NCBI RefSeq assembly: GCF_009914755.1
Contig: NC_060936.1
Reading direction: 5' to 3' (one strand)
DNA: 64,000 nt
Origin: the human T2T-CHM13v2.0 reference genome, Homo sapiens
The translations under genes were made by a program, and so were the position numbers. Positions within the stretch are counted from its first letter, which is position 1. Each line of letters opens with the position of its first letter. Positions 53,866-64,000 of this stretch are shown here, piece after piece. Below the pieces are notes generated by a model. That model did not search any database, had not been told where the DNA came from, and saw only the letters and a list, made by a program, of their open reading frames with translations.

Positions 53866-55845
53866 TTGTGTCTTCCTCTGTAAAATACAGCTAAAAATAG
53901 TACGTATCTCATAGGCTTGTTATTAAGAGTAAGTCAGTTCGCATGTATATTTATAACAACCTTTGACACCTAGTTAACCCTAATTAAATATCTGCTGTTA
54001 GTAGAGTTGGTGGTGGTAGTAATGTTTGCAGTTGGATATGACATATTTGCTATAGTATTTTTGCTTTCTCTACTCTAACAAGCCAAAAGTAAAGAAGAAA
54101 CGTTTTATTATTTCATGGATATAGCATATATCAGACATATTTAATAATTTTTATGTTTGTGAAACATATTCTTTAAAGGATGCACTTCTTTCCAAACATC
54201 TATATCTCTCCCTTTACTCTGAACTTGAATGGAACGAATTATTTAAATGACAATTATGAGCTCTAAGTTTTATCTAGACCTTTTCTGTACCATATAGAAT
54301 CTTTCTTTGTTCACTAAGATTAATTCAATTTGTTAATACAGCGTCATCACTGAGACTCATTTACATTGCAGAAATGATTTTGCAGTTAGTTTACGGGGGA
54401 AGGTGAAGGAAGGGCTGGGTATTTATATGTTGGAAGTCTTTTGATTTAAACTTGGGAAACTTCTAAGTGGTCAACCACATATACACTTTGGAACATCCCT
54501 GAGCTTTGCTATCACAATTTCCAGTATGTGATTCAACTCTCCTCATCTGAAGGGAGGAATTTTGTAATTGAGCCAAGCTGTGGCTTTTAGTAAAAATACA
54601 GTGAGCATTTGTATCTAATTTGTGGCTAGAATGTGCTGAGGCCCATGATCTTTACTTGCTTTGTAAGCGTTCTGCCAACCACTGAGAACCTCAACTTCTC
54701 TTGAGGTATGGAAAGTGCTAGTAGTATTTACAAAAACTTTAGGAGTGCTTTCATACATACACAACTATATTGGGAATGATACTTTATATTTTTTCTTCTT
54801 TCCTTCTGAGAAGTTTTATTGCTACATGTTCACCAAATGTAGAACCAGTGAGAATAAACATTACAGTTGCTTCTTACTGCTTTATGCAAGTGGGCTTATC
54901 GATAAAAGAGTTAATTTTCAAACTAGTTTAACATTAAACTTTTAGAGTAGTTTAAAAATCGTAAAAGAGTTCATGGTGAAAAATTAATAAATATAAATTT
55001 AATATAATGTATTCTAGGATATAAAACAGTTTGTGCTTTTTATTACATGTGACAGTATAAGAAGAATGACCACATTATTCCTATCAGAATAAAATAAGTG
55101 AATGTATAAACAGCACCATGTTTCAAAGAGAGTTTAGGGAAAAAAGATAGCAATTTCATTAAGAAAGAAAGAAGATTAGATACATCACATAAATATTTTT
55201 AAAAGGGCAATTATGATACCACAATATGTTTATTTTTGTATTACTTTCTGCCCTCAATTTTTTGTTGTAAAGTTCAATGAAGAAACATTTTAAATTGCTA
55301 AGGTGATTTTTTTGAAAATTCAAATCTAATGACATGGCTCATTGAAATAGTGGGAGTTTAGTAACAGGGTTATCTTTCAATTAGACACCGAAGCAACCAA
55401 AGTACTGAGTTCACTTAATGAATAAATACCAAAAAAGTGCTTTTTACTTGTATGCAGACATTATTCTTTCCAAATATAACTATCATTTTGTGTCGTAATA
55501 GTTTGAAAGATTTTACTTAATACATTTATATTATTGAATAGTTAGTATCAAGTGCATTTGTATTAAGGATGTCAAGAAACATCAAAACAGTCTATTTAAC
55601 AAATATGTAATGTTTATTTTATTTTACAATAATTATTTTATATTTTATTTTTCCTCACTAAAAATTACTTAGACATATATGTCAATTAACTTTTATGATA
55701 GACCAAGAAAAACTCATATTTACCTTCTCTATATATGAATCTTATTCTCTGCTTACCTCAAAAAAAATTTTAATATAAGTAATAAAATAACATCTTTTAC
55801 CTCCTTTGTTAGATGAATTCTATTTAGTATAAGAAGTTAGGCCAG

Positions 55846-56602
55846 CTGCAAAGTTGGGCACAGTCCCCCAAACCACCCTCACTTCTGACACCAACTGCAA
55901 GTTCAAGGGGTTGCAAAAATCACCCTCAGTTTCCATGCTTCGCTAGAAGGGATTCACAGAATTCTCTTAAAGCTGTTATATACATGGGTACAGCTTCTTA
56001 CAGGAGAAGGATACAAATTAAAATTAGCCAAAGGAAAAAGCACACAGGGCAGAGTCAAGAAGTACAAAACACAGAGCTTCTATTATCTTCTCCCCGTGCA
56101 GTTAAAATGCATTACTCTGACTGCTCTGATGTGTGACAGTATGCTTGAAGTACTGCCAACCAGCAAAGCTTACCAAGCCTTTCTGTCCAGAGTTTTTGGG
56201 GGGACTTCATCAACTAGACATGATTGATGGACTCATTGCTCACATGGTTAATCTCAGTCTCTAGGTTGACTGATACCACATGAATCGAAGACCCTACTCT
56301 AAGTCAAAATGTCCTATTTGTGGCATGACCAGGCCCTTCTCTAAGACTCTACAGGTGTAGTTAACTCTTGCCCGAAATCACATGGTTGGATTTTCCAGTA
56401 TGACCCAACTCCTACTCTATGACCAGCCCCAGCTTGAAGACTATAGAGGTGTGGCTAACCCCTACTCTAAATCATATGATTGGACTATCCTGTATGACCC
56501 AAGACTTCCCAAGCAAAGAAAGATATTATAGAGATTACCTTCTAGAAGCTGAGGGCAATGGCAAGACCTCTCTTTGGGCAAGGCTAAACTCTTTACTACA
56601 CA
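55846..56602 (-). mobile_element. MER21-family LTR
   Basis: cagtccccca...cacttctgacaccaactgcaagttc... ending gggcaaggctaaactctttactacaca. Confidence 0.7.
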
Positions 56603-56884
56603 TAGGGGTGGGAAAAGTTAGAAGTTCAGTTTTCTTGTATGTTAGTGATATTGTTTTCTCTATAAATTTTCACACCTTCCCAATAACCTTTCTATTTTCT
56701 TATGAAAATAGTGTATAGATATTTGAAATATATCATTCCTGGTAGTTTATCTCATAGATATGGATAGCAATAGTTTTTCTCAAGTCAGTTATTTTATCTC
56801 ATAACATTATCATTATCTTACCTGAAAAAACCATTTGAAATTACTGAAAGAATGTCTATTTAATAAAAACACTTTAGATTATTT

Positions 56885-58480
56885 TAATGTATCTATTCAA
56901 TATTTGTTGAATTCTCTTGTATGTCAGATATTACATTAAGTACTTTGTATGTAATAATAAATAAGACCTGGTTCTTTCCTTAAGGAATTACAGTCTAGTG
57001 GAAGAAATCAACAGTGACACGATTACGGTAGAAAGGAATAGTTACAATGAAACTGTACAGAGGGCAATAACTAATCCAGCCTTACAATTTCAGATATGGG
57101 AGGGGTATCCAAAATGTGGGTTGAACATTCATAGCCAAGTAATGGAAGTGGGAGGTGGGGCAATCCAGGCAATGCAAGTGATATATGCAAAGTTTTGACG
57201 TGAGAACACATGGCAAAGTATACCCTATTCACTGTGGCTGGGGCACAGGAGTTAGGTGCAGGGGTAATCTGTGGAGGCTGAAGGTGTGTGTACTTCACTC
57301 TCACACAAGAAAAGCCTCATTATTTGTTTAGTAAATGCTGTCACTGTCATGGGTTATATGTACTTGCTAACATAATTCTGAATGTAGCTGAAAAGAAGTG
57401 AATACATATTATCTTAAGAGCAGATACCAAAATTCTTGACAATTTGACAAGTTCATTCAAACAAGGCATATTTAGCGTGATTATTTGCTTGGCACTGTGC
57501 TGGACTTGAGAAGACAGCGCATACAGCTGTATACATATATAACACAGGGATACAACATGTCTGCTAAATAAAACAGACGTATTTCCTCACATCAAACTTA
57601 TAGTCGGCCAGGGAGAACAACTTCAACCACATAATCACAAAAGTGTTTAACTGCATTTACGATATGTAATATGACAGAAGTTTCATGGTAGCATAATAAA
57701 ATATAGAAAGGGTACCTGCCTAGTCCACAGAAAATGGAAAGACTTGCTGGAGAAAATGATTTCAACTGGTATTGGGTAGAGGTGAAGGTGATAGGGGAGG
57801 GGGTATTGAGGTTATGAGGGGTATGAATCACAATTCCAGAAGACAAGACAATGTGATGAACCAGAGACTGAAGAGAACAAGATACATTTGTGGTCCTAAA
57901 AAGAGAATGTTCTTCCTGGAGAGCAGAGTGTGAGTGAGATGGCACACTAGGTGAGCTGGAGCATCAGAGAGAGCCTAGAGAATGGAATCAAGTTGGCTAC
58001 AATAATGCTATGGCTTTTGTCCCAGGAAAGGGAAATTTTAAAGGTTTCAGTTTATCTGCTTTTATGGAGACAAGTGAGTTGGGCCCAGCTGCATTTTTAA
58101 AAGGTTATTCTAGGTAACCAATAGAGGAAAGAATAGAGTGGAACAGTGGTGGAAGTAGTGATCAAATAAGATGTAGGGGTTCAGGTGAGAGATGTGGGTA
58201 GTTTGGACAAGAGGCAGTAGTGATGGAAAGAATGGATAAATTCAAGAAATTATGATGAGTTTATGAGAAAGTTGAAGAAAGGGAGGGGTTAAGAATGTCC
58301 TAGAAGTTCCTGGAAAGTCAGATGACTAGAAAAAAATGAGTATTTGAGGAAGGAAAGCCAAATGCTATCAAGAAGTCAAATAAGATGAGCTGAAGCAGTG
58401 GGACTCAGATGAGAATTGATTGAAGAGTAAGAAATGAAGAAATGGAAAAACTAAAAACAGAATAGATATTGTCAGAATCC
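56885..58480 (-). mobile_element. L2 fragments
   Basis: Antisense L2 tails (attcaatatttgttgaa; ttcattcaaacaaggcatatttag) with purine-rich bodies. Confidence 0.6.
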
Positions 58481-58868
58481 AAGTAAAAATCAAACAATCA
58501 AACAGCTTAATATGAGAAAATAAGAATTATTTATTTCCAAGAGAAAGAAGAGAAAAGAAGAGAGAAGTAAGAGATTGGTAGTAGGAGTGGCTGCCAACAA
58601 GATGGCAGAGCACTGGGAGAGGTGAAGGTTACTGGGAAATTCCCAGTAAATTTACGGCCAACAGGACTTTTAAAAACAGAATTATGCAGTGGATGATACT
58701 TTTCAAGGTTGATTTACCCTACCTTTTTTTTTTTTTGATATAACCAGTTCCAGCTCCTTCAGTTGTTCAGTAAACTAACTTTACTAGGTAAGACTTCATG
58801 CTATTTGGTTTTCTGATAAAATAGAGAAAGTGCTGAATTTCTAGTCTGGAGCTCCCTGGTATGACAAA

Positions 58869-58870
58869 AA

Positions 58871-58913
<43 letters not shown>
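58869..58913. repeat. (TAAA)n microsatellite
   Basis: Read directly. Confidence 0.95.
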
Positions 58914-59575
58914 CAGACCAAGAGGACAGAAGGAAAAAAACTCCCCTATTGCAGGAATTTGTAGAAATCTTGGGAACTGTTTCAATTTTTGACCAATCTA
59001 TACCTCAAGGGACTGGAAGATCTCAATCGACATTAAATTAAGACTGGCTAATATCAAGGATTAAGGTGTGTGGCCACTGATCAGTTCTTTATATGGAGAT
59101 ATTAATATTCTGTTCCAACTAACTATACCAATATGCTCTCTCAGCTATTATTCTTAACCTCATTAATCCAGCAAGGGTTGCAAACCCAAATGTTTTCCAA
59201 GAACTGGAGGGAACATGATATATGAAGAGGTTATTGGTAGAACCTATGGTGAAGCAAAACGTTCACTCCATGTACAGTCATGATACATCATAGGTATCTA
59301 GATATTTATCACTGAAATAGTAAATCAATATTTTTGGTTCATAGGAAAACCAAATGTCCATTTAAAAATTGAGTTTTCCAAGTTTTCATTCTAAGAAAAT
59401 ATCTTGGAGATAATTAACATGAACTTTGACATGCTCCTGCTACCATACAAGCTGAGTGACCTTAGTTATCTTAGTTAAATTACTTGGATTCCTTAAGTCT
59501 AACTTTTACTGTTAATCAAATGGATATAATAAGACCTATCTCATAGGGCAGTTGTCAAAAAAGAATTGAATAAAA

Positions 59576-59632
59576 GTGTGTGTATGTGTGTGTGTGCCTG
59601 TATGTGTGTATGTATGTGTATATGTGTGTGTG

Positions 59633-59679
<47 letters not shown>

Positions 59680-59684
59680 ATATA
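59576..59684. repeat. Compound (TG)n/(TATG)n microsatellite inside a MIR
   Basis: Read directly; MIR motifs on both sides. Confidence 0.9.
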
Positions 59685-60396
59685 CTTGCACAGACCAGGA
59701 CCCGGTATAGAGTAGGCATTGAATAACTATTAGCTATTTTTGGAAATTACATTGAAATGGTGTCTCATCATCACAAGCAAAATTTCCTCAAGACTCAAAA
59801 ATATGTGTTGAACACTCTTGGAGGCAATAGAATAGAGCATTGAACAAAACAAATACTCTTGTCCTCGCAGAACTTATAATTTGGCAACAGAGTACATGTT
59901 AGTGGAATTGTACATTTTCTCAATTTCTGCAAACTTTTAGTATCTTTGTAAAATGAACTGTGGCACATATTAAAACTAGTCAATTAGATCAGCTTTGTGA
60001 AACCAAATCAATCATTCTTCCAAACCATATAGTATTTGTTTGTACTCATTGATACTTAAAACTTATTGATACTTATTAGACCTTAATATTTCTCTTTAAG
60101 AGATATCAATGAAATAGTTTCATCCCTTGAGTTTCTCTCGATATAACCCTCTGATTGTGGAAATAATAGAATGTTAAAGATATGAAAGCTAAAAAATACC
60201 TTATCAATAAATTATTCACTTTATTTTTCAGTTGAGAAACTGAAGCCTAGAGCAAGGACATAGAGTTAGCATGTCTAAAACACATTCTTTAAGTGGTGTT
60301 CATTTTGTTAGGGGAAAAAACTACCTCTTGGATCTTAAATGCCACATAATTGGTGAAAAATGTACTGATTTGAATAATTGCTGTTTTTGCTAACAG

Positions 60397-60517
60397 CTGG
60401 ATTCCAATGGGGAATTACTAATCCGAAATGCGCAGCTGAAACATGCTGGAAGATACACATGCACTGCCCAGACAATTGTGGACAATTCTTCAGCTTCAGC
60501 TGACCTTGTAGTGAGAG
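60397..60517 (+). CDS. CNTN1: Contactin-1 exon 15: Ig6 second half (LDSNGELL...HAGRYTC...LVVR); gene continues beyond the window
   Basis: gctaacag|CTGGAT...AGAG|gtaaga; 121 nt; cumulative CDS 1804 nt. Confidence 0.97.
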
Positions 60518-63500
60518 GTAAGAGTTTCAACATTTTAAAATTACAAAACCAAAAGTATTTGACTTGCATAAACATGTATAATCTTCTGGTAACTCTGGTG
60601 CAAATTCTTACATATTTAGAGTCTCAATCCCATGCTTAAGAATGGATCTTAAGCTTCTTCCCATGCCTAAGAATGATCTATGCCAGACAAGTAGTAAACA
60701 ACACTGATTTTGTTTGTTTTACTAACTACGTATCTTCTAGAAAGTTACACCACATATCTCCTACTAAATGTTTGTGCTTTGTAGACTTACCAAAAGTTCT
60801 CGTTTCCTGCTAATACTTTTTAGTGTGTTGTGTATAGTGCTGTTTCCTTTTTTATTTCTATGGAAAAGATATATACTGATGCTGTTTACTATAACCTCAA
60901 CTGTTATATATTTATCACTTTTGTCTTAGAGTGTAAAGTTAATTTATACATGTATCATGTTTTTATTTGTTGCTGGTTTTTTCAAATTAGTGTTTTCGTT
61001 CTTATGAATAATATAATTGAGATTGTGATGGAATATACACTTATTAAAAATGCAACCCCTTTGCTACTGGCCGCTGCCATAGCAGTGAGGCTGGCTGGGA
61101 ACACAGCACACCTTGTTTAAAATAAAGAGCTGGCTCTTCACTGACTGCCCTTTAGTTTTGCACCCAAGAAGTACCATGTGTTGACCCCAGCTTGCTTACC
61201 TTTAATATCTCACTTCATGTAACCAACTCCAACCATCTAACTAATCCACAAAAATACACTTTAACTTCCATGTCAGTTGCTTTATTCACAGTATTCCTTC
61301 CATGTCTTTTTCTCATGATTTGTTGACCAAATCTTATTCATCCTTCAAGTCTTAAAGTATATACTAAGTTCATGAATCCTTCTCTTGATGTCCCCAATAT
61401 GAGCTCCGATCTTCTGAATTTTCATAACATATATTGCTTTCTCTCATATGTTTTATAGCAGTTGGTACACAGTTATCTACTCTCCTAAGTTGTAAAATTC
61501 ATATATGTTTTTTTTTTAGTGAATGGCAGAGTTCCTTTGCATTGTTTCGTAGCTCTCTCTTTCTGTCTCAGTGTCAGTTAAAATTACTATTTTTTCACAT
61601 TTCACCTACTAAAAATATTTATTGAACATTAATTGTACATTTTGCCTTTACTTTTCACACTATCAGATAAATTGGCAATAAAATGATATTTGTGGCTTGT
61701 TTATTTTAATTCTCCTTCCACATCTGGGTCAATATAATTTTACTCAATCTCATGCAGCTCCTGCATTTCCCTCTAGAGCAATGTTAATATGGGGTCCCTA
61801 AGCAACACTGGGCAAATGCTGAAAACTCTTCTACTCCATTTGAATATATTCTCCAATAGAGTTTTAAGAAGTCTAGTTGAAGTTTCTTCATCTGAATGAA
61901 CTTGGAAATACATTCCACAAACCACTTATTGAATAATAACAAATAAAAATGAGACTACAAAATCCTAAGTCAAACAAAATTCATTTAGGTTCAGTATTTT
62001 CATTTATTTTGTTATCTGGGACATTGATTGTTTTCAAGAATTATTAGGGAGAGGGATTAGAGGGATTAGTTCACCATTCTTCCTAGTCAGACCACTAGCT
62101 GTTAAGTCATTTCCAGAAGTAGCCAAAGTGTATATTTAATTGAAATTGCTTGCATATGAAAATAATTAGCATTAATATTGCAATAGGAGTTATGTTACAG
62201 TGTGTGGACATAAATGTCTTCATATGATTACATTGTAGTAAACTCATAGTACTATTACCATAGAATACTCTGTAATATTCAGAGTGAAGAGGAATTTTAC
62301 AGATGAAATGCAAGGGTAGTCATGATACTAGCCACACATACTTAGGTAATTAATTATCACCACTATATGTATTTTTATAGAGAATCAATAAAAAGAAGCT
62401 ATAGCCAATATTATGTAGAAATAAAAACGTATACAGCATTTTAAGTCCTTGCACTATAGTAGGATGCTAATAAAACCATACAGGTACATGAAAATACTGC
62501 TTACCTCTGTTAAAGTCAGCAGAGTCATAACCATTCTTCAAACTTTATTTCTAATAATAGAAAAAGTATCCATTTCATATCAAAAGAAATTTGCAATTAA
62601 AATAGTCAAATATATTTGACTATTGCAGAACTTGTGTCAAAAACATGTATAGATGTTCTAATATGCTTTATATATTTAAACCAGAAGGTAGACAATTAAA
62701 CAGTTGTTTTTATTTTTTAATAATAATGGTGAGCAATGTATAAGACATGCCCTGCCTTAAGTGATATTATTATTGGTCTATTTATTCATTTAATTATACT
62801 TTTGTATCTAGTTCAGGAAATCATAACCTGGAGTCTATGAACAGGCTTTAAGGGATCCATGGACCACCAGAAATTGTACATAAAATTCTACGTGTATGTA
62901 CCTTTTCCTGGGAAAATGATTTGTAATTTTCATAAGATTTTCGTAGCCAGCAATGTCCCACAAGGCATTAAAAAGCTAATCTATTTTTTATTTCCCCATC
63001 TAGATCAAGACCCTCTAATAAAATAAATTGAAGAGATGATTATTCACTTTATGCAAAAGAATAAAATACTAATAAATTTCATGTAGTTAAATCTAATAGC
63101 ACATTTAGATTGTGAATTGCTTTTAAAAGATTCGATTTGCACTCAACCCTTCAAAATTACATGTTTGTAAAAAATATTAAATATGTTATGTAGTAGACAG
63201 TAGAAATCTATAAGAACTTTCCATATTTGAGATGGACTAATTTTAATCCATATTCAGATATTGGTAATCTGAACTGCAGCTGCTGAAATTAGTGGTGCAA
63301 TGAGAAGGACAGTAAACACAGTAGAGGGGAAAGCAATTTCATCTGAGGATCGCTAAAAAATTTTTTATAACAAAATTATTTCTGTGTATAAATGATTATG
63401 CCTTATCAGAGAAGACTGAAACAAAAGTATAAATATTTAGACATAATTAAGATTGTGGATTTCTTTTAGCCTACATCACACTGAAGGAAATGAATACATA

Positions 63501-64000
63501 GTAAGAACAGTGTTGCTGCCCTAATCAACATGTGTGTGTGCGTGTGTGTGCATGTGTGCACGCATTTGTAATTGTGGGTGGAAAAGGGTGAGTATATGCA
63601 TACAGCATGATGAAAGCAATTTCTATCAGAAAAGAAGTGTGTTTTAATTTATTCCTTGCCTTTTTATTGTATATTGAGCTTAGAATGTAAGCAGTCAAGT
63701 AGTTAAATCTGAATGCCTCTAAATATAAAACTAAAATTAAATGTAGGAAAAATATAGTCAATGGAAAATGTAGCATTGGATCTGATTTCTTGGGGCCTTT
63801 TACTGAGAGAAAACACTCCCGCTGTGAGTTTTTTGTGTCATGTATGGTAGGATTTAGAAATGAAGAAAGCAGTGGCAATTGTCGCCAAAGAAAAACAATC
63901 TGTAGAAAATGTCCCCGATAATAAGATATGAACTATTGTAATTCTGTAAAAGCATAAATGTGTACTTATAGAAAGCTATAGCACTTTAATTTATTTACCA

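Noticed and set aside
53709-53912. Thr/Ile-rich mucin-like ORF on the - strand
   Set aside because: Translation of a degenerate (TAG/TAA)n tract between MIRs.

Overview
AT-rich primate (human or great-ape) genomic DNA holding the 5' coding half of contactin-1 (CNTN1) on the + strand. Fourteen GT-AG exons (conventional exons 2-15, 9627-60517) splice into one uninterrupted 1804-nt frame: signal peptide, a 33-nt cassette exon and all six Ig domains (aa 1-601). The promoter/exon 1 and the FNIII/GPI exons lie outside the window. The rest is intron filled with Alu, L1, L2, MIR, MaLR/MER21 LTRs, hAT DNA transposons and microsatellites. The non-exon ORFs in the track look like noise. I found no evidence of a new multi-gene system. 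The most notable unexplained structures are: a microexon-like splice cassette in intron 10 exactly where Ig4 is shortened; an ancient ~480-bp inverted duplication in intron 1; two 31-bp locally templated insertions; and a 33-bp hairpin fused to a 24-bp tandem duplication upstream of the cassette exon. Repeat subfamily names are recalled from consensus sequences, not from a database search.
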